A stretch of DNA of 64,000 nucleotides from Thermodesulfobacteriota bacterium (GCA_039715015.1 JBDLIE010000001.1:32001-96000); one strand, 5' to 3'. Counted from the stretch's first letter, positions 31,101 through 39,961 are shown. Numbers and translations: made by a program. The notes: a model not told the origin generated them from the letters alone.

Positions 31101-34100
31101 CTGAATTTAACGGCTACTCTGAGGATGATGTAAACCTTAGCTGGCTTCCCATGGATCATGTGGTGCCGACACTCACGGTGCATCTAAAAGATGTATTCAT
31201 GCAGAATCTTTCGATCCAGGTGAAAACTAACTACATCCTGCAGGATCCTCTTAACTGGCTGCGGTTAATGGAAAAACATAAGGTGAATCTCACCTGGGCT
31301 CCCAATTTTGCCTATAAATTGATCACTGAAAGTCTGGAGCGAGATCCTGATTTCAGTGTTGATTTGTCAAAGGTGAGATTTTTCATGAATGCAGGAGAGC
31401 AGGTGACTCGACCTGTAATTGATGCATTCATAGAAGTAGTAAGTAAGTTTGGCATAGTTCCTTCAGTACTGCAGCCAAGCTTTGGTATGGCAGAAGCCTG
31501 TACATGCATGACATTTAATAATAATTATAACAATGTCTCCTCTGTGTTTAGGGCGAAGAAGTCTTCTCTACAAGAAACTTTTTTGAAAGAAACTGATGGT
31601 GAAGATCAGCTGTATACTGAATTTATTAATTTGGGATTACCTGTTCCGGGCATCGAAATTCGGATTACGGATGAACAAAACAATGTCGTTCCTGAACGGG
31701 TAATTGGACGATTTCAGATTCGCGGCGATGTTATTACTCCTGGATATTATAAGAGGCCTGAGGCAAATAAAGAGGCCTTTGTCGGAGATGAGTGGTTCAA
31801 CTCCGGAGATATAGGTTTTATTCATAATTCAAGCCTGTATCTCACCGGTCGCGAGAAAGAGACTATTGTTGTCCGTGGGGCAAATATATACTGTTATGAA
31901 GTAGAGGATATCGTCAATTCAGTTGAAGGAGTGTTGCCAACCTTTACTGCTGCATGCAGTATGAATGATCCGGTTACGGGTACGGAGTCTCTAGCCGTAT
32001 TATTTGTGGTAAATGAAGAGTCAATGGTCCATCAGCCACAGGTTGATTGGCATATTATTAATACTATTAAGATTGATGTCAGTAAGCGTATCGGTCTTAG
32101 CCCGTCATATATTGTTCCAATAGCTAAAGATGATTTTCTGAAGACAACCAGTGGCAAAATTCAACGTTCGCAAATGGCCATTAATCTTGCCGATGGCAAG
32201 TACAGCGGTATACAAAAAGAAATAGAGTGTTTCTTCTCCGATGACCAAACTACGTTACCGGTGTGGTTTTACAAGGAGGAACTGAGGCCAGCTCCTGTCG
32301 ATCATGTGGGTGGTCAAAATGGAGCAGGTAGGTATCTTTTATTTCTTAAGGAAGGCGATGCCGTAAATCAACTCGTGTTGGCGCAAGTGGAAAAGCTGGG
32401 AGGCCAAGCATATGTGATATATGCAGCGGACTCTTACGAAGAGGTAAGTGCTTCATGCTGGAGAATTAATCCTCGGAATTATGAAGATTACCTCAAAGTC
32501 TTCGAAGCCCTTAATCTAAGCACCCTGGATAAGGTTAAAGTTCTCCACTTATGGACAGTGGCAGAAGATGAGTTGGAGGAATACAACGAGTTATCTATGG
32601 AGAGGTCTCAGTCCATAGGATTGAATAGCATTTTAAATGTAGTTAAAAGTTGTCGAGGTCTTGGCTGTGAAGTTGATATGTCAGTCGTTTCCGTGGGCAT
32701 AAAGTACGGCAATACTGGAAAGATTGTCCCTGTCCACGCGTCGATGCTTGGTTTTGTCAAGAGTGTAAGTCAAGAGATGGCCAATATTAGGACCAGATAC
32801 ATTGAAGTAGATACCTTTGATAATATGACCGAGAAGTGTCTTGATACTATTTTCAGTGATATCAATCAGAATAAATTTGAGCATAAAGATGTTGTATATG
32901 TTGATGGCAAAAGATGTATCAGTGGCTTAAGGCCTGTTCTCGTGACCAAAGAATCAACACAAAAAGAAGTGTATGGTCGAGGGTCTACCTATCTTGTTTT
33001 AGGTGGAATGGGTGGTGTTGGTAAAGAGTTGGTTGCTGATTTGGTGAGTCGAGAAGCTGGCAAAGTTTATGTAGTCGGCAGAAAAGAAATTTCTCAGCTG
33101 GATAATGCGTCATTAAGTTTCCTCAATAGGTATTCAGGAGAAGTTACATATGTCACTGGTGACATATGTAACATTGAACAGTTGCAGTTAGTTTTTGAGG
33201 AGGTGTCTCCTAAATTTATCGACAGTATAGACATGGTGATAAATCTAGCTGGTTCTTATGAGGAGAAGTCTGCTGAGGATTATGACAACCATTCTTTATG
33301 GGAAAGTATACGAACCAAAATGGTTGGCGCCTACACCCTTCATCGCCTTTTCAGAAATTCGAAAAAGGCTAAATTTGTTCATTTCTCATCTGTTAATGGT
33401 TTTTTTGGTGGCTTTCAAGTTGGAGCATATTCTGCCTCTAATAGTTTTCTTGAGGCATTTAGTGCTTATCAACGAAATAATGGTGTGCAGAGTTATTGTC
33501 TGGCTTATTCTTTGTGGAAAAACACAGGGATGAGCGCTGATTTTTCAGCGCACGAGGCAAGTAAAAAGAAAGGGTTTTGGCCAATTGCCGCGAGGCAGGG
33601 TGTGTCAAGCACTGAGCTTATGTTGGGGCAAGAGCCGTCAACTTATTTTATAGGACTTGATGAATCAAAAGGAGCCTTGCAAGAGTATATCGTTGATCGG
33701 GATAGGCAGAGGCGTTCAACAAAGTATGCCTATCATTTGCCTGAGCGTAGCCGGTTATTGCTGAGTAAAAATTTTACATGTAGAGCTTCGCATACCTCTA
33801 TTCTTGATAGTTCTAACTTGCTGCCCAATGGCAAGATTTTTCTACGCGATAAACACTCTCAATTTTCAGACCTTAAAATGTTTGGCGATATTCTTGTCGG
33901 TGATGACCCCGGTGGCGTTAATGGAAATTGTCAACAGGTGCAGGGGAAGTCATATGCTGAAATTGGAATGAGGGGGATTTTGCGGGAGAAAAGTAGTGTT
34001 TCTGTGTGTTCCTCTAGCGGCACTGTCGATATCGGAGGTTATAGGCTCAATATAGAAAATGTAGAAAAGCTCTTAAAGTCTCTCTGGCAGAATGACGAGG

Positions 34101-35515
34101 TCGCGCTGGCTCGGCATGACTTTGCCGGTTCACGAGAGCTTGTTGTTTATGTTGTGTCTTCTGGTCCTGAACGTGAGAACGGAAAGCATTATGTGTTGCC
34201 CATGGATAATATGGCCAATTTCATAAAAACGACAGTTGTCGAAATTGATGAGTTTCCGCTTGTGGATGGCGCAATTGATTTTGATTCTCTCTTTCGGGAG
34301 AATTTTAATAAAAATAACAAATTGGTTGCGCCGCAAACACCTGAACAGAAGATGCTAGCGAAGATTTGGAAGGATGTTCTTAGTATAGACCAGGTTGGTA
34401 TTTATGATAACTTTTTTGAGGTTGGCGGAAGTAGCTTAAAGGCCATCGAGTTAATTCAAAAAATTAATACTCAATTTGATATAGAATTGCCAATCGCAAG
34501 CCTTATGACCACGCCAGTAATCGCTGAGATTGCTAAAACCATAAGTCTCATGTCAGACTCAAATTACTCAAAGAACTTAGTGCCACTCCGAGCAGATGGG
34601 GACAAGAACCCTCTCTTTGTCTGTCCTCCCGGTGATGGGAATGTCTATATCTATAAAGATATGATAGAGGGGATCGATAATGATATCCCAATATATGGTT
34701 TTGCCTTGGACAATAAAATTGTTGATGAGACAACAGGTATATCAGATCTTGCCAGTCGATTTGTCGGTGAAATCAAGATGGTTCAAAAGGATGGCCCGTA
34801 TATGATTGGCGGGTTTTGTAATGGTGGAATTATTGCCTATGAAATAGTTCGGCTTCTAGAGGCCCAGGGGGATGAGGTTGGGTCGTTATTCCTGCTTGAT
34901 AGCAGTTCCCCCGATATAGCAAAGATGGAATTGTCACATTTGCCTGAGGAGTTCCGGTTTGCAATATTTCTAAAGGTGTTTGGTGGAATACAGAACGTGA
35001 ATATTGTGGAATTATGGGAGGAATATTTCCAGAAGGGCAACTCTGCTGAATATTCTAAAATGGATATGATAGAGCATATCAAAACTATGACTGACGACGA
35101 AAGGTTATCGGTCTTGTTTAAAATTATTTCTTCCCGGGGAATATTGGATTCTGAAGACGGGTATGTTGTTCTTACGCAAGTCTATAAAATTTATAATTAT
35201 TATGTTGAGTCGTTAAGAAATTTCTCTTGTTGTGATACGAAGTTAAATACTCAAACTGTGCTCTATAGATGCACGGAAAGTATTTACGATAAGGATGATG
35301 AGAATCTAGCCGAGCAAGTCCAATATGATTTCCTAAAAAATATTTTCAATACGAATGATGATGACTTGGGATGGCGTGAATACATTAACGATTTGGGCAC
35401 TCAGAATATTGCATGTAATCATTTTGAATTGATGAGAGGCCCATATGTTCAAGATGTTACCCGAGATATCGAGAAGAATTTTGAAGAAGTATCAGAAAGT
35501 GCAGTAGTTGCTTAA
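28157..35515 (+). CDS. NRPS: docking domain-C-A(degenerate, split)-A(alpha-keto acid type)-KR-PCP-TE
   Basis: TubC-N-like start, C HHIISDGWS, dead A (YGFSDHGEAQG), active A (LTSGSTGTPK, WLPMDHVV, KTTSGKIQR), KR (GGMGGVG, GAYSASN), PCP GGSS, TE GFCNG. Confidence 0.9.
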   Translation: MQQFLSGLLKKGVVVSSVNQQLEIDSFGAEIDDADIALLKKYKKQIVDFLSNKKVSIATYNQERLWFLDQLDDVARYNIPVAYSINGSFDLSVLERSLQAIVDRHESFRVGFRAIDGYPVQLIDPSLTFSVTHHDISSKSKGQQSLLLENIATAEIHSPFNLEKPPLLRVTVVKAGTDEYVLIINMHHIISDGWSVGVFVNELAASYNAAISGKAVNLPELQLQVSDYASWERHNVSEKSLEEQLSYWVENLKGYSGVLDMPTDYPRPERQSGQGKRAVFDVPGELVSKLKTVAVENSASMYMVVFSAIYVVLRRYSQQNDICIGTPVAKRDKVELENLIGFFSNTLPVRVNTPDNCTFNSLLASVKDSVLDAYGNQEVPFDQIVNKVLSSRDFSRNPIFQVMIAYQNISSSDFDLVANETESLSGKDYYKSAKFDLLFNVEDDGDSLEVAIEYSTDLYAADTVNLYQKALISILEGFCSDIGVEVDRVPLGSTWGQNEISSCWCGSGDAEDHAPSSQALADFLDIRGDGAAISGGDADISYAELDQKCDAVCSGLLSMSGVTDTTVGIYGEHGVDEIIAMLGVLKSGLSYVKLRKDMPDALLQKIIEDSSVQIILKSGHDSDEGLLDAFPGLSCYMIEDLYAGDISGKVEVQADTTSSAAVYYGFSDHGEAQGVRYTYDNMLEMISSYDHEMAVGMADEIFLVDIHVLSCLQNKKKYVIPSKNVDFYKDKYGSLIYHSQDVVESFSVKQTPEELLECASSMGPQDAGVDLANMPVAYSNGGEQIIPPDAPKTLIEALISASMSDNMHGILAIDERGNEKFQSYSNLFLEAKKVASGLRKHGIAPRTAAILQVESLEQHFSAFWGCVLCGVIPVTIAIAPIYEKNQTVVQKLINIWKLLDNPCLISSATNRDDIVNVIRDSESKECQVVKIDDLLNNEEIDDIYQAKPDDVIFYQLTSGSTGTPKCIQETHRAIISHILAAAEFNGYSEDDVNLSWLPMDHVVPTLTVHLKDVFMQNLSIQVKTNYILQDPLNWLRLMEKHKVNLTWAPNFAYKLITESLERDPDFSVDLSKVRFFMNAGEQVTRPVIDAFIEVVSKFGIVPSVLQPSFGMAEACTCMTFNNNYNNVSSVFRAKKSSLQETFLKETDGEDQLYTEFINLGLPVPGIEIRITDEQNNVVPERVIGRFQIRGDVITPGYYKRPEANKEAFVGDEWFNSGDIGFIHNSSLYLTGREKETIVVRGANIYCYEVEDIVNSVEGVLPTFTAACSMNDPVTGTESLAVLFVVNEESMVHQPQVDWHIINTIKIDVSKRIGLSPSYIVPIAKDDFLKTTSGKIQRSQMAINLADGKYSGIQKEIECFFSDDQTTLPVWFYKEELRPAPVDHVGGQNGAGRYLLFLKEGDAVNQLVLAQVEKLGGQAYVIYAADSYEEVSASCWRINPRNYEDYLKVFEALNLSTLDKVKVLHLWTVAEDELEEYNELSMERSQSIGLNSILNVVKSCRGLGCEVDMSVVSVGIKYGNTGKIVPVHASMLGFVKSVSQEMANIRTRYIEVDTFDNMTEKCLDTIFSDINQNKFEHKDVVYVDGKRCISGLRPVLVTKESTQKEVYGRGSTYLVLGGMGGVGKELVADLVSREAGKVYVVGRKEISQLDNASLSFLNRYSGEVTYVTGDICNIEQLQLVFEEVSPKFIDSIDMVINLAGSYEEKSAEDYDNHSLWESIRTKMVGAYTLHRLFRNSKKAKFVHFSSVNGFFGGFQVGAYSASNSFLEAFSAYQRNNGVQSYCLAYSLWKNTGMSADFSAHEASKKKGFWPIAARQGVSSTELMLGQEPSTYFIGLDESKGALQEYIVDRDRQRRSTKYAYHLPERSRLLLSKNFTCRASHTSILDSSNLLPNGKIFLRDKHSQFSDLKMFGDILVGDDPGGVNGNCQQVQGKSYAEIGMRGILREKSSVSVCSSSGTVDIGGYRLNIENVEKLLKSLWQNDEVALARHDFAGSRELVVYVVSSGPERENGKHYVLPMDNMANFIKTTVVEIDEFPLVDGAIDFDSLFRENFNKNNKLVAPQTPEQKMLAKIWKDVLSIDQVGIYDNFFEVGGSSLKAIELIQKINTQFDIELPIASLMTTPVIAEIAKTISLMSDSNYSKNLVPLRADGDKNPLFVCPPGDGNVYIYKDMIEGIDNDIPIYGFALDNKIVDETTGISDLASRFVGEIKMVQKDGPYMIGGFCNGGIIAYEIVRLLEAQGDEVGSLFLLDSSSPDIAKMELSHLPEEFRFAIFLKVFGGIQNVNIVELWEEYFQKGNSAEYSKMDMIEHIKTMTDDERLSVLFKIISSRGILDSEDGYVVLTQVYKIYNYYVESLRNFSCCDTKLNTQTVLYRCTESIYDKDDENLAEQVQYDFLKNIFNTNDDDLGWREYINDLGTQNIACNHFELMRGPYVQDVTRDIEKNFEEVSESAVVA

Positions 35516-35651
35516 TAGACTGCTGGCATGATTTTGGTGGGGAGCAGGTAATAGGCTTGTTTTTTCATTTGTCCTGCATAGTGGATCTTTGTTCAGAGAG
35601 ATCTCTGTTCGTCCTTTAAAAAAGGCACATCTTTGTGTTGAGGTAAGTCAT

Positions 35652-36800
35652 ATGGGAATTTGTAAGAGTTGTGTTATGCCTGTGAAAAAAAACGGGTCAA
35701 CATGTAAAGAGTGTAATGACTTTGTTGCTTTCGATGTCGATTGGAAACAAAAAGAAATCGAATTTAAAAATGTGTTTGATAAACAAAAGGGCAAAGGAAA
35801 ATACGACTGTATGGTTCTCCTCACGGGGGGGAAAGATAGTAGTTTTGTTCTGTATTACATGACAAAGGTTATAGGGGCGAGGGTCTTGGCTTTTACCTGG
35901 GATAATGGATTTATACGAGACCAATCATGGGAAAATATGAGAAATGCTGTTGAGGCAACAGGATGTGATCATGAGGTGTTTAAATATGATCCTGCCAAGT
36001 TGAAAACATTGTTTAGATCGACGTTTAAGATGATGGGCAGTTGTTGTTTCTGCCCGACGATATCCAGCATGTCTGCGCTCAGCACTGCTGCTAAACATGA
36101 CATACCAATGATCATGACGGGTTTTTCTGAGGGGCAAAGGTTTTGCGATCACTCATATGATATGCCGACCCCTGGTGATCAGCGCAAGATGATCCTTAAA
36201 TTTTATAAACTCATGAAAAATTTCTTTATCATTCCTTTAAGAAAACATGAACCTGATCTCGCGGATGAAACCCATCGCCATATCATGGCTCCGCTTACCT
36301 CTTATGTTCAGAGTATAGATGCAGGCAAGACCTATCCTGCTTTGGTGCCGTTATCAAATTATGTTGATTGGACTTCTTCTGGAAGTCTTGAAGAGATTTT
36401 AAGTAAGAATTTGAATTGGGTAAAACCTTCCAAGGCAATTACCCGAACCAGTTGTTTTATCGAGCCCATCAAAGGATATTTCGAACACCAAAAGAAAGGC
36501 TTGAATACAGCATCCGAGATAAGTTGTTTGATCAGGATTGGCGCGGTAACAAGAGAGGATGGCCTAGCTGAGTTGAATAAGATGTATGTCGATGGAACGA
36601 GGCCAGACAGCACCACCATCGAAAAATTTATCAATTTTTTGGGTATCACCGAGGCGGAATTTGATCATTACGGCACGAAACGTGTGTCACTGTTCTCTAA
36701 GATTAAATATCTGTTTCTACTTAAAAATGCCATGGACATCATGCATTGGATTTTGGGAACCTCAAAGGCCAAGGCCAAAAGATTTATTCCTGGAATATGA
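35652..36800 (+). CDS. PP-loop ATP pyrophosphatase, N-acetyl-sugar amidotransferase (WbuX)-like
   Basis: N-terminal CKSC...CKEC, PP-loop LTGGKDSS, WDNGF, late LIRIGAVTREDGL; ATG 35652 after GAGG. Confidence 0.7.
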   Translation: MGICKSCVMPVKKNGSTCKECNDFVAFDVDWKQKEIEFKNVFDKQKGKGKYDCMVLLTGGKDSSFVLYYMTKVIGARVLAFTWDNGFIRDQSWENMRNAVEATGCDHEVFKYDPAKLKTLFRSTFKMMGSCCFCPTISSMSALSTAAKHDIPMIMTGFSEGQRFCDHSYDMPTPGDQRKMILKFYKLMKNFFIIPLRKHEPDLADETHRHIMAPLTSYVQSIDAGKTYPALVPLSNYVDWTSSGSLEEILSKNLNWVKPSKAITRTSCFIEPIKGYFEHQKKGLNTASEISCLIRIGAVTREDGLAELNKMYVDGTRPDSTTIEKFINFLGITEAEFDHYGTKRVSLFSKIKYLFLLKNAMDIMHWILGTSKAKAKRFIPGI

Positions 36801-36944
36801 AACACGATGGGCGTAATGATTTTCGATTCAAGCATGGCAAATGTAGTGCAGCAAAAAGTGCTGGATACATTTTCTTATCGTTATGACACCTTTTTGAAAA
36901 ATGTAGCAAATCGGTAGTCGGCAGGTTGATTGTTCACTTGGCCT

Positions 36945-36983
36945 CTTGTGCCCTATACCATTGTGGGGTGGGGCACAGGTTTT
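36945..36983 (+). terminator. Intrinsic terminator-like hairpin inside the cluster
   Basis: CTTGTGCCCTAT...GTGGGGCACAGG followed by TTTT. Confidence 0.5.
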
Positions 36984-37076
36984 GCTGAGAAGACACTGTC
37001 CGTAGCTTTTTTTATTGCTCTAAAATTAATTTTAAGGACCATGTTTTCGAGGAATTGTCCTTGTTGGGAGAGATGA

Positions 37077-38321
37077 ATGGGTAAAGATTTTTATGAAATA
37101 GGTGAAATTCCGGAATTGGGTGTAGTTCCAAAGTACATGTTGGCAAGCTGCCTGAGGAGGGAGCGGTATGGTAAGCCAATAAATGCCTTAAAGACCGAAA
37201 AGGTGCCTGTGCCAACAAGCCTTAAACCAGATGAAGTGCTCGTATATGTGATGGCGGCTGGTGTGAACTATAACGTTATATGGGCCAGCAATTCTTATCC
37301 TATTGATGTCTTAAAGGCCGCTAATGCACGTGGCGAAACATTTGATTATTTTATTCCTGGTAGCGATGCCTCGGGCGTGGTCTGGAAAGTTGGAACTGAT
37401 GTGGAAAATGTCAAAGTCGGGGACCATGTTATATTGCATGGTGGTCGCTGGAATGTGGATGCTGCAGATGTCAAAAAGGGGGAAGATCCTACTTTTTCGG
37501 CAAGCTATCACATGTGGGGCTATGAAACCAATCATGGTGCCCTTGCTCAATATACAAAAGTTATGAGCCATCAATGCTTGTTGAAACCTAAAGACTTGCC
37601 TTGGTCAAAAGCGGGTTGTTTTATGGTAGGTGCTGCCGCAGCATACCGAATGCTCCATGGTTGGGAACCGCACACTTTAAATGCTGATGATCCTGTTCTT
37701 GTTTGGGGTGGATCCGGGGGGTTAGGTGGTTTCGGTATTCAATTATGTAAGTTAGCTGGGGCACGAGCTGTCGCAGTAGTCTCAAGTGAAGATAAAAAGG
37801 ATTATTGCAAAAAACTCGGAGCTGTCGGTGTGATCAACAGGAAAGATTTTGATCATTGGGGAAGAATGCCCGAAACTGACGATACGAAAAACTATAGAAA
37901 ATGGCTGATCGGTGTGAAAAAATTCAGGCGTGCTTTTTGGGAGGCAATTGGTGAAAAGGTAGATCCTATTGTTGTTTTCGAGCACCCCGGCGAGGACACC
38001 ATTCCGACATCTGTGACCATGGCAGCACGAGGTGGAATGATTGTTTTTTGTGCTGCGACCAGCGGCTTTTATTCTAACTTTGACCTGCGCTATCAATGGG
38101 TGCATCAGAAACGCTTGCAGGGAACCCATTTTGCAAACACAGAGCAATGTCAGGAAGTGGTTAACTTGGTGGGGGATGGGGAAATTGATCCATGTTTGAC
38201 AAAGGTGTTTGGCTTTGAGGAAACAGCCCAGGCCCATCAGCTGATGGCAGACGGGAATAATTATTTCGGCAATATGGGCATATTGGTCAATGCTGCAACA
38301 GCTGAACAAGTAAGCCTGTAG
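37077..38321 (+). CDS. ccrA: Crotonyl-CoA carboxylase/reductase
   Basis: KDFYEIGEIPELG, VMAAGVNYN, WGYETN, VFEHPGE, DLRYQWVHQKRLQGTHFAN. Confidence 0.92.
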   Translation: MGKDFYEIGEIPELGVVPKYMLASCLRRERYGKPINALKTEKVPVPTSLKPDEVLVYVMAAGVNYNVIWASNSYPIDVLKAANARGETFDYFIPGSDASGVVWKVGTDVENVKVGDHVILHGGRWNVDAADVKKGEDPTFSASYHMWGYETNHGALAQYTKVMSHQCLLKPKDLPWSKAGCFMVGAAAAYRMLHGWEPHTLNADDPVLVWGGSGGLGGFGIQLCKLAGARAVAVVSSEDKKDYCKKLGAVGVINRKDFDHWGRMPETDDTKNYRKWLIGVKKFRRAFWEAIGEKVDPIVVFEHPGEDTIPTSVTMAARGGMIVFCAATSGFYSNFDLRYQWVHQKRLQGTHFANTEQCQEVVNLVGDGEIDPCLTKVFGFEETAQAHQLMADGNNYFGNMGILVNAATAEQVSL

Positions 38322-38441
38322 GGGGTCACGTGAGGTGCAACGGTTAGCCGGCAAGTGTTGGTTGGTCGGTGAGCGTATATATTTCGCACGAAACGGCGAA
38401 GAACATTAATATTAGTCCATCAAGCTTCAGTTTAGTAATTC

Positions 38442-39191
38442 ATGATTGCTCATTCTCTACGTGCATCTTTGGCGGAACAAGCTCATGTGTATACAATTAA
38501 CCTTGAGCAAGGTAAAGAGCTGTCAAGTTCTGTTCGCAACCGATACGAGTCAATCTTATCGTCAGATGAATTAGACAGTTGCAATAGGTTTCATTTTGAG
38601 CGTGATAGATGCAGACGTCTTATAGCACATGCTAATCTCAGAATTGTTCTTTCAAAGTATGTAGATGTAGATCCTCCAGATTGGATTTTTGAATATAATA
38701 GGTTCGGGCGCCCGGAAATAGCCCGAACGTTGGGAGTATCCGACCTCCGCTTTAACATATCATATTCGGATGACCTGCTGGTTATCTTAGTGAATAATAT
38801 AATTGACGGCGGTATTGATGTTGAGCGAACAGATGGTGTAGATGATCCCATGCAGTTGGGACAGAGCGTTTTTTCCCCTTATGAGATTGATATACTACAA
38901 AGATATCAAAATGATGGTTCGTGCCGAACGCGTTTTTTTGAATACTGGACACTCAAAGAGGCTTTTGTGAAGGCTAGGGGGGTGGGGCTTTCTGTGCCGC
39001 TAAATCAATTTAGTTTCAGTATTGATATCAATAATAAGGTGCAAATAGATTTTTCAAGTAAATTAAATAACAACCCCCTCACTTGGCAATTTCTTCTTGA
39101 ATATCCGACATCAAACCACGTAATTGGAGTGGCCCTTCGTCGCGGTTATCACCCTGATTTGTCTATAATCCTGCGAAACTTGATAATATAG
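38442..39191 (+). CDS. Sfp-type 4'-phosphopantetheinyl transferase
   Basis: FGRPEI, FNISYS, GIDVE, WTLKEAFVKARGVGL. Confidence 0.92.
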   Translation: MIAHSLRASLAEQAHVYTINLEQGKELSSSVRNRYESILSSDELDSCNRFHFERDRCRRLIAHANLRIVLSKYVDVDPPDWIFEYNRFGRPEIARTLGVSDLRFNISYSDDLLVILVNNIIDGGIDVERTDGVDDPMQLGQSVFSPYEIDILQRYQNDGSCRTRFFEYWTLKEAFVKARGVGLSVPLNQFSFSIDINNKVQIDFSSKLNNNPLTWQFLLEYPTSNHVIGVALRRGYHPDLSIILRNLII

Positions 39192-39211
39192 CGCCTGAGA
39201 GGAGGGCAGAG

Positions 39212-39886
39212 ATGGCAGAAGTTGCAGTTTATCCTATTAAGAATCGCAAAAGTGCTTTTAAGAATTTTACTTACTTAATTAAAGAGGAAAAAACTTCTGA
39301 AGCCGTAATTGTTGATCCCGCGGGCAATTTAAGACAACTTCTTGCGAAAATAGGTGATACGGGATCTGATATCAAGGCAGTTTTGCTAACGCATTATCAT
39401 GATGATCATATAAACTTGGCTGGATCCATCAGTCAGAAGTACCACATGCCAGTTTATATGTGCAAAAGCGAAGTTGATGCCTATGGATTCCGGTGTAAAA
39501 ACTTGGAAGCGATTGAAAACGAATTTTTTTTACATGTTCAAATATTTATGTAAAACCTTTATTTACGCCAGGTCACACGAAGGGCAGTACCTGTTATCAA
39601 ATTGCCGACAACTTGTTTAGCGGCGACACGCTCTTTATCGAAGGCTGCGGATTATGCAAGGGGTACGGTGCCAGCCCTGAAGCAATGTATTATAGTTTGA
39701 AGAAGTTGGTGAAATGTCTTTCGCAAGATACCCGTATTTATCCAGGCCATTCATATGGTGAGTTGCTTGGCGTATTTTTTGATTATCTTTTAAATAATAA
39801 TATTTATCTAAATATTATTAATCTCGAACAATTTGTCGCATTTCGCGATGCGAAAAGAACAGGTTGACTGCTATGATTTCAAGTAA
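39212..39886 (+). pseudogene. PksB/BaeB-like MBL-fold hydrolase with two apparent frameshifts
   Basis: THYHDDH in the first frame; after the T8 run (39524-39531) a shifted frame gives FTPGHTKGS..LFSGDTLFIEGCG..YPGHSYG; a second shift near 39847 restores the end FRMRKEQVDCYDFK*. Confidence 0.75.
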
Positions 39887-39892
39887 TTTTTG

Positions 39893-39932
39893 AACATCCC
39901 CTTTGGCACGAAACCAAGGGGATGTTGCTTTT
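39893..39932. terminator. Terminator between convergent genes
   Basis: AACATCCCCTTTGG...CCAAGGGGATGTT followed by GCTTTT. Confidence 0.7.
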
Positions 39933-39961
39933 AACTCCCAACTGGGAGCAGATGTCTAACG

